The notes: generated by a model from the letters alone, not told the origin. A stretch of DNA of 64,000 bases from an uncultured Gemmatimonadaceae bacterium (GCA_963740355.1 CAVUDW010000002.1:288001-352000), one strand, 5' to 3'. Shown: positions 27,310-40,339, numbered from the stretch's first letter. Translations and numbers: made by a program.

Positions 27310-30300
27310 TCAGGCGATCGGCTTCACCCGCTTCGGGATCACGATCGGCGCCACCCCCAGCGCCGCAACCTTCGCGTTGAAGGCGGCCACATCCCGGCTC
27401 AACACCTCTTCCAGCCGCTTCACCATCGGGGCCCACTGAGTCACCAGTTCACCCGTGCGCTGCACCGCACCGGCGGTCGGACGCCCTTCCGGGCCACCAT
27501 GGATGTAGCCATTCGTGCCAGTGACGTTGGCGTAGGTCTCGGCCAGTTGATTGTCGAGGCGGCCGCCGAATCGCAGCACGTCGTACGTCACCTTGATGCG
27601 CGGTTCGGTCATGAGCTTTTCCAGCGAATCGAGCGACGCCTCGAGCGACGTGGCGAGTGGCGACAACTCGCTCGCCACCCCAGCCTTCGTCGCCTGATCG
27701 AGACTGGCTCGCACCTGCGTATGCACACCACGCATGGTTTCGATCGAGCGGTTCAGCGATTCGAGCGTGTCGCGCAGCTGTCGCGCCGTCTCGAACTGGG
27801 CTGCGTAGTCCGCCGTCGAGACGTCGGTGAGTCGCGGATCGGACAACACCTTGAAGGCGCGCGTTTGTGTGACGCTGCCGGCGATCAGCCGCGCTTCATA
27901 CGCGCCCGGCACCGCACGAATGCCACCGGTGTAGCCCCACAGCACCTGGTCCGGTGCCATCAGTGGCCCAGGCCAGGTGAGATCCCACACCACCGCGTGC
28001 GCTCCGGCCTTCACCGGCAGCACCGGCTGCTGCCGACGCCGACTTTCGGCTGTATCGGTGGTCAGCGTCCGCACGATTGCGCCGGCCGCAGTGCGAATCT
28101 CGATCGAGTACGGCGTGGTCACACTGTCACGCAGCAAGAGGTGCAACACGGCGCCATTGGGCGGATTGTCGAGCGGCGTCTCTCGACCACCGGATCCACC
28201 ACTCTGGCTCCGATCCGCGCGCACCACATCACGCGGTGTGTGAAGGTGAATCGCGGTCGCTGGCTTGGCGGCCGCCAGCTGCTGCAATGGCGTCAGGTCG
28301 TCGAGGATCCACAAGGAACGCCCCTGTGTGCCGACGATCAGGTCATCGTTGTAGAGCTGCAGGTCACTGATCGGAACGATCGGCAGGTTGCGCTGGAAAC
28401 TCTGCCAGTGCGCACCGTTGTCGATCGACGTGAACAGGCCGTACTCGGTGCCGGCGTAGAGCAGGCCAGCGCGTGATGCATCCTCGCGCACGACGCGCAC
28501 TGGATAGTCGGCGGGAATGCCATTGGTGCCATCAGCAATCCGCGTCCACGTCTTGCCGTAGTCCTCCGTGCGCCAGGCATACGGGGTGTAGTCATCGAGG
28601 CGATAGCGATGCACCGCGATGTAGGCGCGCCCCGGCACATGGCGAGATACGTCGATGCGATTGACGGTACCGAACTTCGGCATCCCTGTCGGCGTGATGT
28701 CCTGCCAGCTGGTGCCCCCGTCCCGGGTGATGTGCACACGACCATCATCGCTGCCGGTCCACAACACCTTCGCGTCCTTCGGGTCTTCCGCCAGCGAGAA
28801 GATGGTGTTGAACATCTCGACACCAGTCTGGTCGCCGTTGATCGGCCCGCCCGCCATGTTCTGCGTCGACTTGTCGTTGGTCGTCAGGTCCGGGCTGATC
28901 ACCGTCCACGACATCCCGCCATCGCGGGTGCGATGCACAACCTGCGAGGCGTGATACACAACGTTGCGATCATGGCGTGAGACGAGAATCGGCGCCACCC
29001 ACTGGAAGCGATACTTCAGGTCCGTCGCCTTCTGTCCAACCTGCTGCTGTGGATAGGCGATCACGTCACGCCGTGTGTCTCGCTTCGGTTCATACCGATT
29101 GATCGCGCCACCGTAACAGCCGCCGTAGATCACATCGGGGTAGTCCGGATTCAATGCCACCGGCCCCGTCTCGCATCCGCCGGCGTTCATCCACGCATTC
29201 ATCGGATGCAGCGTGTTCGCGTCGAGCACCGACGGCACGGAGATCGAGGTATTGTCCTGCTGCGCCGAATAGACGCGGTACGGGAACGCATGGTCGACTA
29301 TCACGTCATACATCTCAGCAGTCGCCATCAGGTTCATGCTGCTCCACGTCTTCCCGCCTGTCAGCGACACGACTGATCCGCCGTCATCGCTCAATCCTAT
29401 GATGCGCGGATTGGTCGGGTTGATCCACAGGTCGTGGGTGTCGCCGTGCGGCACCGGGACGGCCTCGAACGTGCGCCCACCATCGACTGACTTGTGCAAC
29501 TGCACACTCATCAACCAGACCTGATTTTCGCTCGATGGGTCGGCCACGATCCGGTAGTAGTACCACGCCCGCTGCCGGATCTTGTTCTCGGCGTTGACAC
29601 GGGTCCACGTGCCACCGCCGTCATCGGATCGATAGAGCCCGCCGGCGGGTTCCGCCTCGACCAGCGCCCAGATGCGATCGGGGTTCACCGGTGAGATCGT
29701 GATGCCGACCTTGCCCACCAAGCCCGTCGGCAAGCCCCCGCCGAGCTTCGTCCACGTGTCGCCGCCGTCGGTGGAGCGATACACACCACTCTCCGGACCG
29801 CCGGAGATCATCGTCCACGGCTTCCGCTCGGCGCGCCACATCCCGGCGAAGAGGATGCGCGGGTTCTTCGGATGCATCACCAGTTCACTGGCACCGGTGC
29901 TGTCGTTCAGGAACAGCACCTGCTGCCATGTCGCGCCGCCATCCTTCGAGCGGTAGATGCCCCGTTCCTTGTTCTTGCCGAACGGGTGGCCGAGCGCCGA
30001 TACGTACACCAGATCCGGATTCGTGGGGTGCACGACCACACGTCCGATCGCACCGGTCTCGCGCAATCCACTGAAGCTCCAGGTGCGACCGGCATCGCTC
30101 GACTTCCACAAGCCGCGGCCGGTGGACGAGTTGCCTCGTACGTCCTGTGATCCGGTGCCGACATAGATCACGTTCGGATCCGAGTCGGCGACATCGATCG
30201 AACCGATCACACCACCGAAATACTTGTCGGTGATGGGCTGCCAGCTTTGACCGGCATCCTCCGTGCGAAAGACGCCGCCGCCGGTGCTGCCGGAGTAGAA

Positions 30301-30537
30301 GAGAAACGGCGACGACGCGACACCCGCGATCGCCGTGGAGCGACCGGCGCGATACGGCCCAATCTGCCGGTACCGCATCGAGCCAAGCAGCGTGCTGTCA
30401 ATCGCGGCAGCAGGAGGGCTGTCCGGTGCGCGTGCTGGACGCGCGCGCTGCGCGTCGGCGATCGGCGCGAGGGCGAGAAGGGCGACGAGCGCGACCACAC
30501 TGCGCAGGGTCGCTCGGAGGTGTCGGAATGCGTGCAT
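27310..30537 (-). CDS. VPS10/sortilin-like BNR-repeat (Asp-box) glycosyl hydrolase family protein
   Basis: YRQIGP..GR, many S/TxDxGxTW Asp boxes, HGDTHDLWINP, YRFQWVAPI, GTQGRSLWILDD; start reassigned to MHAFRHL. Confidence 0.88.
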   Translation of the reverse strand: MHAFRHLRATLRSVVALVALLALAPIADAQRARPARAPDSPPAAAIDSTLLGSMRYRQIGPYRAGRSTAIAGVASSPFLFYSGSTGGGVFRTEDAGQSWQPITDKYFGGVIGSIDVADSDPNVIYVGTGSQDVRGNSSTGRGLWKSSDAGRTWSFSGLRETGAIGRVVVHPTNPDLVYVSALGHPFGKNKERGIYRSKDGGATWQQVLFLNDSTGASELVMHPKNPRILFAGMWRAERKPWTMISGGPESGVYRSTDGGDTWTKLGGGLPTGLVGKVGITISPVNPDRIWALVEAEPAGGLYRSDDGGGTWTRVNAENKIRQRAWYYYRIVADPSSENQVWLMSVQLHKSVDGGRTFEAVPVPHGDTHDLWINPTNPRIIGLSDDGGSVVSLTGGKTWSSMNLMATAEMYDVIVDHAFPYRVYSAQQDNTSISVPSVLDANTLHPMNAWMNAGGCETGPVALNPDYPDVIYGGCYGGAINRYEPKRDTRRDVIAYPQQQVGQKATDLKYRFQWVAPILVSRHDRNVVYHASQVVHRTRDGGMSWTVISPDLTTNDKSTQNMAGGPINGDQTGVEMFNTIFSLAEDPKDAKVLWTGSDDGRVHITRDGGTSWQDITPTGMPKFGTVNRIDVSRHVPGRAYIAVHRYRLDDYTPYAWRTEDYGKTWTRIADGTNGIPADYPVRVVREDASRAGLLYAGTEYGLFTSIDNGAHWQSFQRNLPIVPISDLQLYNDDLIVGTQGRSLWILDDLTPLQQLAAAKPATAIHLHTPRDVVRADRSQSGGSGGRETPLDNPPNGAVLHLLLRDSVTTPYSIEIRTAAGAIVRTLTTDTAESRRRQQPVLPVKAGAHAVVWDLTWPGPLMAPDQVLWGYTGGIRAVPGAYEARLIAGSVTQTRAFKVLSDPRLTDVSTADYAAQFETARQLRDTLESLNRSIETMRGVHTQVRASLDQATKAGVASELSPLATSLEASLDSLEKLMTEPRIKVTYDVLRFGGRLDNQLAETYANVTGTNGYIHGGPEGRPTAGAVQRTGELVTQWAPMVKRLEEVLSRDVAAFNAKVAALGVAPIVIPKRVKPIA

Positions 30538-30722
30538 GTGCCGGGTGGGTGGAAGCGACAGCGGTCGTGGCGGTCGGAATCGCGCCTCTCCTGCAGCATA
30601 CGCGACCGTCGCATCCCTCGCTGATCGGCACACAGGCGCCGGCTGCGCTTGCGGACAGGTCGAGCGCTGGCGATGCTCTACTATCCGGTTCTGCCTCACG
30701 TCCCCACCCGGGAGTCCATCCA

Positions 30723-31187
30723 ATGCGATCGCTGCGCCTGCTCTCTGCTGTTGCTGTGCTCTTCACGCTTACCAGCGCCCTTGCCGCACCGGCTCGCCTC
30801 GTGGCGCAGAGCACGGATACCGCGGCCGCAGCGCCTGCCAAGAAGCCGGTGAAGGGCCGCGCCAATCTGATTTCAGAGGAAGAGATCGCGGCTCTGGGTG
30901 GCACGATTCAGACGGCCTATGGCATCGTGCAACGCCTCCGTCCAGCGATGCTCCGCGTGCGGTCTGGCTCGACCTCCAGCCAGAGTGGCGGCAGCAGCAC
31001 GATGGACGCATCAGCAAACGAAATCGTCGTCTACCTCGACAACCAGAAGATGGGCGGCGTACGCGCGCTCGACGAGATCACGCTGTCGCAGATCAAGGAG
31101 ATCAAGTATCTCAGCGCCAGCGACGCCACCACGCTCTTCGGCACCGGCAACATGGCGGGTGCAATTCAGGTCATCGGCAAGCGTTGA
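30723..31187 (+). CDS. Small secreted stand-alone TonB-receptor plug-like protein
   Basis: Signal peptide MRSLRLLSAV; ISEEEI..AYGIVQRLRPAML, VVYLDN and IKEIKYLSASDAT.LFG...AGAIQV resemble a plug domain without a barrel. Confidence 0.65.
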   Translation: MRSLRLLSAVAVLFTLTSALAAPARLVAQSTDTAAAAPAKKPVKGRANLISEEEIAALGGTIQTAYGIVQRLRPAMLRVRSGSTSSQSGGSSTMDASANEIVVYLDNQKMGGVRALDEITLSQIKEIKYLSASDATTLFGTGNMAGAIQVIGKR

Positions 31188-31226
31188 TTCTGCAACTGCT
31201 TTAACGCAGAGTAGCTGTGTTGAAAG

Positions 31227-33794
<2,568 letters not shown>

Positions 33795-33879
33795 CGCGGT
33801 CGTTGAGTGGACGTGCTGAACTTTTTTGGGAACAGCACGCTCACTGTTCCTCCGCTTCCAATGCCGTTCCCAAAGCCGT

Positions 33880-34025
33880 GCAGTTGCGGTTCCTCTGCGC
33901 CTCTGCGTCTCTGCGTTTTGCAATGGCAGTTGAGCAGTTGCCGTTCTGCGGCCGTGCAGTTCTGCGGCCGTCGCTGTATCGCTGTCTTCTGTTCTGCGTT
34001 GAGGCAGTTGCTGTTGCGGTTGCCG
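33880..34025. repeat. Inverted counterparts of the intergenic repeats, including an unoccupied IS110 target site
   Basis: CCTCTGCGCCTCTGCGTCTCTGCG at 33892-33915 contains TCTGCGC-CT-CTGCG (33894-33907); 72-bp arm at 33940-34011. Confidence 0.85.
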
Positions 34026-34039
34026 TCGTAGCTGAGCCG

Positions 34040-35830
34040 TCAGCCGACCTCGATCAGCAGTGTCCCGACAGGTGTGCGCGTGAAGCGGTGGGCCATCAAC
34101 CAGGCGACGGCAAGCGTCAGCGACGAGAGCGCGGCTGCGGTGGTGATGACGATGGCGCGGTCGTAGCTCGGGGCGCCAGGGATGATGCGCGGGAGCACGT
34201 CCCAGAAGATCTGGCCCAGCCAGGCGCCGAAGAGCGAGCCGCCGAGTGCGACAAGTCCGGCGCGCCCGAGCACGAGGGCATGGATGGCGCGACGGCTGGC
34301 TCCGACCGCGCGGCGGATGCCAAGCTCGCGCTGTTGTGAGTCGAGCCAGAGGCGAAGCATCGCAATCAGGCCGCCAACCGCGATCAGCGCCGTCACGACA
34401 CCCATCGCGAACAGCAGGTTGGTGAACCACTGCAGCACCGAGGTGTCGGCGGCGCGACGCGCTGCGATGCTGGTCGCAGTGCCGCGAACGGTGCCAATGC
34501 TGCGCAACACATCGGTCGCCAACGGCTTGTCGGCCGTTCCGACTTCGATCAGGCCCACCGGTTGCTGCAACACGCTCACGTAGACGCCCAGCTTCGGTTG
34601 CATCACGGCGCCAAGGCCGAGCGCCTCGCCATCGCTCACGATCCCCACCACCTCAAACCACTGGTTGTTCAACACCGTCAGCTGAACCCGCTTGCCGACC
34701 GCATCGCCATTCGGGAACATCGCCTGTGCAAAACTCGCATTCACGACCGCGACCAGTGGGCTGTCCCAGCGGTCGCCGTCCGTGAGCAGACGCCCTGCCT
34801 GCAGGCGCAGTCCGCCGAGCGCAAAGCTGTCTCCGCTGACGGCAAAATGAGCCACCGTTTCCGTACTGCCGCGCAGGATCGCGACCGTACCACACCGCTT
34901 GCCGCAATCGCTGCTGGCTTGCGCGATGGTGCCGAGGCCGCGGTGCACGCCGCTCGAGCCGAGGCTGATCAGCGCTGACGGGTTGACCGCATGCTGCTCC
35001 GCGAGGAATGCAGCGAAGCGCTTGGCCCGCGCCAATCGATCGGTACCCTCGGCGCGCAGTTCCTGAACCAGTGTCGTGGACGTGGCCAGCTGGGCCACAT
35101 CATTCCGTTGCGTCGTCGTGAGCTCGCGCAGCGTGGCGCCGCCCGCGAGCACCACCACTGCGGCACCCAACTGAAGTGCCGGGATGATGAGCGTCAGCGG
35201 TCGGCGATCATCATCAACCAATCGCGTGGTGCTGAGTGCCCGAATGAGCAGCAATGGGGCCACCATCACCAACGCCGTCACACCCAGTGTGCCCGCGACA
35301 CTCAACACACGATCTGCCGGTGCCACGCTGCCAGGCCACGCCGCGCGCATCACCACGACCGCGAATAGCGCGAGCAGCATCCCGACAAACAGCGCGACGC
35401 CTGCCAGCGCCCCGGACTCCAGCACCATCGCGCCGAAAACATCCCGACGCGACGCTCCGATCGACCGCACCACGATCACTTCGCTGCTGCGCGCTGCCGT
35501 GCGCGCGAGATGCAGCGCGAGCAGCGTCGCCGCGCCCACGGCGAGAGTCATCACCGTCGCGCCACGCACGACTGACAGCAACTTCAGGATGGCGAGCTGC
35601 TGCAGCTGCGGCCAGACCACGCCGCGCCCGCCCCAGTCGGCCAGCAGAGCTCCCGTATCGCCAAGTGCGATCGTCAATGAAGGCGCCGCCGTGGTGCCGC
35701 CAAGAATCGTCAGCGCTGGCAGGGCCCCCGCCAACGTGAGGGCCGCGGCCAGTGCCACCAGCGCGCCAGTGCCAGCGTGCCACCGAAGGGCGAGCAGCGC
35801 GGCACTGCGTTGGGCGATGCGAGAGCTCAT
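34040..35830 (-). CDS. Orphan ABC transporter permease, FtsX/MacB-like
   Basis: Two FtsX motifs (RSSEVIVVRSIGASR; RELGIRRAVGASR) and a MacB periplasmic core (GRLL..D....VAVVN..FA..FP..AVGKR, EVVGIV). Confidence 0.82.
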   Translation of the reverse strand: MSSRIAQRSAALLALRWHAGTGALVALAAALTLAGALPALTILGGTTAAPSLTIALGDTGALLADWGGRGVVWPQLQQLAILKLLSVVRGATVMTLAVGAATLLALHLARTAARSSEVIVVRSIGASRRDVFGAMVLESGALAGVALFVGMLLALFAVVVMRAAWPGSVAPADRVLSVAGTLGVTALVMVAPLLLIRALSTTRLVDDDRRPLTLIIPALQLGAAVVVLAGGATLRELTTTQRNDVAQLATSTTLVQELRAEGTDRLARAKRFAAFLAEQHAVNPSALISLGSSGVHRGLGTIAQASSDCGKRCGTVAILRGSTETVAHFAVSGDSFALGGLRLQAGRLLTDGDRWDSPLVAVVNASFAQAMFPNGDAVGKRVQLTVLNNQWFEVVGIVSDGEALGLGAVMQPKLGVYVSVLQQPVGLIEVGTADKPLATDVLRSIGTVRGTATSIAARRAADTSVLQWFTNLLFAMGVVTALIAVGGLIAMLRLWLDSQQRELGIRRAVGASRRAIHALVLGRAGLVALGGSLFGAWLGQIFWDVLPRIIPGAPSYDRAIVITTAAALSSLTLAVAWLMAHRFTRTPVGTLLIEVG

Positions 35831-35875
35831 GCGGGTCTCATGCGAGTGTCATGCGAGTGTCATGCGAGTGTCATG
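35827..35875. repeat. 11-bp tandem repeat (TCATGCGAGTG)x4.5 overlapping the permease start codon
   Basis: Units start at 35827, 35838, 35849, 35860 and 35871. Confidence 0.92.
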
Positions 35876-35941
35876 TGGGGCTCGGCGGTGTGCGCTGGCG
35901 ACCGACCGGACCATCGAGCAGAAACGTCGTGCAGGTTTCCG

Positions 35942-36376
35942 TCAGGACGCGGGTACAGCAGGAGCGGTTTCGCGAACGGCCACGTTCTGCAGTCTCACGC
36001 GCCCCTGCGCCACCAATCGATCCTTGTCGTCCCGAATCCACGCTTCCCACAGCTGGTTGGTGCGTCCGCGCGAGATCGGCTTCGCGACGGCAAACAACTT
36101 CCCGCTGCTGGTGGCGCGGATGAATGACGTCGAGTTCTCGAGCCCCACCGCCTGCTGACCCAGTGCCTGCACGAACATCGTCGCACCGAGCGACGTGATC
36201 TGCTCGATCACGCCGCAGTGGACGCCACCGTGCACGAGGCCGAACGGCTGCAGGTGCTTCGGCGCCACCTCGAACTCGCAGCGCACCTCGTCGGCACTGC
36301 AGGCCGTCCACACGATGTCCATGGACTTGCTCCAGCCACCGGCGGAGTTGATCCAGTCGAGCGTGATCTCATTCAT
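35942..36376 (-). CDS. PaaI family thioesterase
   Basis: HLQPFGLVHGG..E, VGLENSTSFIR, GRTNQLWE; start MNEITL. Confidence 0.9.
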   Translation of the reverse strand: MNEITLDWINSAGGWSKSMDIVWTACSADEVRCEFEVAPKHLQPFGLVHGGVHCGVIEQITSLGATMFVQALGQQAVGLENSTSFIRATSSGKLFAVAKPISRGRTNQLWEAWIRDDKDRLVAQGRVRLQNVAVRETAPAVPAS

Positions 36377-36386
36377 CGCAGCTCCA

Positions 36387-38348
36387 CTATTTGTTGAGAC
36401 GGTAACCAATCGGATAGAGCGGCGACGGGCTGTCATGCGGCACGTCGGTCTTCTGGGCGCGGACGGCATCCATCGAACGCGGTAGCTCGAACGGCAACCG
36501 GCCCGTCGGACGCACCTTGCCCGTCAGTGCATCGAACAACGCCCCATCACTGACACCAAACTCGCCGATCAAGGTTTTCGCCAACGGCACCAGCGCGGTC
36601 AGGATGGCCGGGCGATCGAGGTACACCACCACGATCGTCGGCACCTTCGCCGCCGTGGCCTTCACCAGTGCCAGCGTCGAGTCGGCATCCTTGAAATCGA
36701 GGTCGCCTTCGTGCTGGAAGCTGCCGAAGAAGAAGGTCGGGTGCAGGCGCTGAAACGGTGCCGCAACGCGAATGATGGCGACATCGGCCTGCTCCGCGCT
36801 GCTCACCACCTGATAGCCGCGCTCCGTCGCAACCGCTGCTGCGACACCATGCAGGAACAGCTTCGCGCCGCGCGCCGGCAGCATCTGCGCACCGCGCGAG
36901 TTCTCCAGCACCACCAACGCCCGCGACTGCGCCGCAACACCGGCCGCGAGTTTGTCGGGTGAGCCCACGATCGTGGCGGCCTTGGCCGGGTCCACGAAGG
37001 GATTTTCGAACAGGCCAAGGTCGAACTTCACGACCATGATCCGCCGCACGGCTTCGTCGAGTCGCGCCAACTGCACCGAACCATCCTTCACCGCATCCAC
37101 GAACGGCTGACCGTCATCCACGCCGCCGAACTGGTCGATGCCGGCGTTCATGCCCTTCGCAAAGCGCTGCGCCTTGGTCAACGATTCGACGCCCCACGGC
37201 ATCGCGATCTGCATCGGCGCCTGGCGCGGTACTCCCGTCACGCAGGCATCGACACAATCCTGCGTGATGGCCCAGTCGGACAGCACCATGCCGCGGAACT
37301 TGTGCGTACCTCGCAGCAGGTCGGCAAGGATCTGCTTGTTGAATCCAGCACCGACCGCCTCAACCGGTGCGCCATCGATCTTCAGGTCCTGCAGGATGTC
37401 GTAGGTCGGCATCACACCCACCACGCCGGCCGCAAACGCGCCAAGAAACGGCGTCACGTGATCCTGGAAGCGTCCGCCGTCGAAACGCGCATAGCGACCA
37501 TAGTAGTTATGGCCATCGAGGCCATCGACCGATGCGCCGTACCCAACCCAGTGCTTCACGATCGTCGCCACACCGTTGCGCGCCAGGCGCGTCGGGCTGC
37601 CCTGCATGCCCTTCACGTAGGCTGTGACCATCGCGCCGACACGCGTGGGTGATTCGCCGAAGGTGCCCGTAATGCGCGACCAGCGCGGCTCCGTGCCAAG
37701 ATCCGCTTGCGGTGACAGCGCCATGTGAATGCCGACGGCGCGGTACTCGCTGCGCACGATGTCGGCGAATCGCTGCACCAGCGCCGGATCATCCAGTGCG
37801 CCAAGGCCAAGTGTCTCGGGCCACTGCGAAAATCCCGAGGTGTTCGAGCTGGCGCCGACGACGACCTGAAAGTGACTGCGCGGGTCGGTGCTGATGGTGA
37901 CTGGAATGCCGAGTCGGCTTCCCTCGGCGATGCCTTGCAGGATGTTGTTCTGGACGGCGAACAGTGCCGGCGCGATCGACAGCCGAGTGATCACACTGTT
38001 GACGTGGCGCGTGAGAATCTGCGCCTGCGCTGCGGTGGTGTCGTAGTTGGGAGCCGGGGCCATCATGGCGCCGGCGGTCGGTGCGGTGCCATGTACCGCC
38101 GCACCGGCTTTCTCCTCGAGTGTCATCCGTGCGACGAGGTCCGCGGCCCGCGTTGCCGACGACAGCCGCCAATCCTCGTACGGCTCCAGCGTGCCGTTCC
38201 GATTCAGGTCGCGGAATCGCTTGCCGGCAATCGTCAGGATCGGCGTCGAGCGCGACTGCACGCTTGGCTGGGTCGCAGTCTGCGCGCCGAGCGGCAGGCC
38301 AGCGACGAGGAACGGCAGCGCGCGGACCAGCGGTCGCAACACGAACAT
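36387..38348 (-). CDS. Glycoside hydrolase family 3 (beta-glucosidase-like), secreted
   Basis: RLGIP, LSPQADL.TEPRWSR..GTFGE, VKHW, MPTY, nucleophile SDW, GRLPFELP. Confidence 0.92.
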   Translation of the reverse strand: MFVLRPLVRALPFLVAGLPLGAQTATQPSVQSRSTPILTIAGKRFRDLNRNGTLEPYEDWRLSSATRAADLVARMTLEEKAGAAVHGTAPTAGAMMAPAPNYDTTAAQAQILTRHVNSVITRLSIAPALFAVQNNILQGIAEGSRLGIPVTISTDPRSHFQVVVGASSNTSGFSQWPETLGLGALDDPALVQRFADIVRSEYRAVGIHMALSPQADLGTEPRWSRITGTFGESPTRVGAMVTAYVKGMQGSPTRLARNGVATIVKHWVGYGASVDGLDGHNYYGRYARFDGGRFQDHVTPFLGAFAAGVVGVMPTYDILQDLKIDGAPVEAVGAGFNKQILADLLRGTHKFRGMVLSDWAITQDCVDACVTGVPRQAPMQIAMPWGVESLTKAQRFAKGMNAGIDQFGGVDDGQPFVDAVKDGSVQLARLDEAVRRIMVVKFDLGLFENPFVDPAKAATIVGSPDKLAAGVAAQSRALVVLENSRGAQMLPARGAKLFLHGVAAAVATERGYQVVSSAEQADVAIIRVAAPFQRLHPTFFFGSFQHEGDLDFKDADSTLALVKATAAKVPTIVVVYLDRPAILTALVPLAKTLIGEFGVSDGALFDALTGKVRPTGRLPFELPRSMDAVRAQKTDVPHDSPSPLYPIGYRLNK

Positions 38349-38470
38349 CAGGAACTCCGGAAGGTGTAGTCGCCGCTCCCTGCGGCGGTCGGGACGCATC
38401 GGGCGCCCCGGGGGCTACAGAAAGCTATGACGCAGCGTTGGCCGGTACGACAGTCCTCGTCGGCAGCGGC

Positions 38471-39049
38471 CTAAATGCAAGTGACCATTGCATGCAGCTT
38501 CCGCATCGTGGCCCAGTTCCGCGCCGTGACGCCGTCGCGCAGTGCCTTGCCGATGTGCTCGAACAACTTGCCCGCCAGCAGCCCGTCCGGGCTCCAGACG
38601 TAGGCCGTCCTCGAACCGATCGCCAACACCTCCGGTGCCCACGATGTCGCCTGCAGCATCGCCAGCTTCGCGAGCGCAGTCTGGTCATACGGCACGTAAC
38701 AGACGAACCGAGTGTCGTCGGTCACGACAGCCGTGAGCGGATGTTCGGCGATGATCGTGGTCAGTTCACCGGCGGTGAGCACGGTCGTCCGTGTATCCAC
38801 ACCGGTCGCCGCCAGGATCGCCTTCTGCAAGATGGGACCGGTGATCGTCTTCCTCGTCGTGAACACGACGTTGCCGCTGTTGAGCAGTGTTTTGACGCCG
38901 GTGCCCCCCAGCGACTCGACGACGGCACGCAGGTCAGCCATCGCGATCCGCTTCGCCTTGCCGACGTTGATGCCGCGCAGCAGGGCGATGTGTGTCGCGC
39001 CTGGCGAAGCTGCCGCCACCGTCGTTGCGCCTGCCGTTTTTGCTGCCAT
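38471..39049 (-). CDS. DUF1697 domain protein
   Basis: IALLRGINVG, V.TLLNSGNVVF, TARNW.T. Confidence 0.9.
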   Translation of the reverse strand: MAAKTAGATTVAAASPGATHIALLRGINVGKAKRIAMADLRAVVESLGGTGVKTLLNSGNVVFTTRKTITGPILQKAILAATGVDTRTTVLTAGELTTIIAEHPLTAVVTDDTRFVCYVPYDQTALAKLAMLQATSWAPEVLAIGSRTAYVWSPDGLLAGKLFEHIGKALRDGVTARNWATMRKLHAMVTCI

Positions 39050-39058
39050 GCGCAGATG

Positions 39059-40339
39059 CTACACGGAGGACCCGGTTCCCGACACCTCGTCGAGGCGGCG
39101 CCGCAGGAATCGACGCTCCGGTTCCTGGCGCGCCAGCGTGAGGGCAATGCGATACGCCGCCGCGGCATCGTCCAGCCGTCCGAGGCGACGGAAAAAATCT
39201 GCGCGAGCCGCATGCGCGAGGTGATACTCGTGAAGTTCGCCGCGATCGAAGAGTGCGTCGACGAGCGCCAGTCCTGCCGCTGGCGAGTCTGCCATCGCCA
39301 CGGCCACCGCGCGATTGAGCGCAATGACCGGTGAATCATCGATGCGCAGCAGCACATCGTACAATCCGACGATCTGTCGCCAATCGGTCGCAGCGGCCGT
39401 TCGCGCCTCCGCATGTACCGCCGCAATCGCGGCCTGCAGTGTGTACGGCCCGAAACGATGTGACCGCAAGGCGTCCTGCACACGCGCGCATCCCTCGTCG
39501 ATCAGCTCCTGATTCCACCGCGACCGATCCTGGTCCTCGAGCAACACCAACTCGCCATCAGTGCTGGTGCGCGTGGCACGACGGGACTCCTGCAGGAGCA
39601 TCAACGCCAGCAAGCCGTCTACTTCGGGTTCTGGAAGCAACTCGAGTAGTACACGCCCCAACCGGATGGCCTCCGCCGATAAGTCATGACGCGTCAGTGC
39701 GTCGCCTGCGCTGGCCGAGTACCCCTCGTTGAACACGAGGTAGATCACCTGCAGGACGGCATCGAGGCGCGCTGGCAGTTCGTGGCGTGCGGGCAACTGG
39801 TACGGGATCCGCGCAGTGCGGATCTTCCCCTTCGCACGCACGATGCGCTGTGCGATCGTGGAGGGTGTGGCGAGGAACGCGCGCGCAATTTCTTCGGTCG
39901 TCAGGCCGCACACTTCGCGAAGCGTGAGTGCGGTCTGGGCTTCAGGTGAGAGAGCGGGATGACAGCAGGTGAAGATCAGCCGCAGCTGGTCGTCGGCGAC
40001 GTCGCTGTCATCGTCCACATGTTCCGCTTCATCACGTGCCGGGTGCACGCCGTCGGTGACCTCGTGCACGGCATTGTCGAATCGCGCCTGCCGCCGTGTC
40101 GCGTCGGTTGCCTTGAAGCGAGCCGTCGAAATCAGCCACGCCCGCGGCTTGCCGGGCACGCCGTCGCGTGACCATCGATCGATCGCGGTTGCGAACGCAT
40201 CATGCATCGCCTCCTCGGCGCGATCAAAATCACCGAGGAGGCGGATCAACGTGGCGAGCACGCGGCGGGACTGCGTGCGATACACCGCTTCGACGATGGC
40301 GCGAGTGGCGTCCCCCGTCGGCTCGCCGGCGTCGGACAA
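39059..40339 (-). CDS. ECF sigma factor with long C-terminal TPR-like extension (ECF42-type)
   Basis: LRLIFTCCHPAL, EEIARAFL, IAQRIVRAK, IYLVFNEGY, QDRSRW, GPYTLQAAIAA; adjacent DGPF gene. Confidence 0.92.
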   Translation of the reverse strand: MSDAGEPTGDATRAIVEAVYRTQSRRVLATLIRLLGDFDRAEEAMHDAFATAIDRWSRDGVPGKPRAWLISTARFKATDATRRQARFDNAVHEVTDGVHPARDEAEHVDDDSDVADDQLRLIFTCCHPALSPEAQTALTLREVCGLTTEEIARAFLATPSTIAQRIVRAKGKIRTARIPYQLPARHELPARLDAVLQVIYLVFNEGYSASAGDALTRHDLSAEAIRLGRVLLELLPEPEVDGLLALMLLQESRRATRTSTDGELVLLEDQDRSRWNQELIDEGCARVQDALRSHRFGPYTLQAAIAAVHAEARTAAATDWRQIVGLYDVLLRIDDSPVIALNRAVAVAMADSPAAGLALVDALFDRGELHEYHLAHAARADFFRRLGRLDDAAAAYRIALTLARQEPERRFLRRRLDEVSGTGSSV

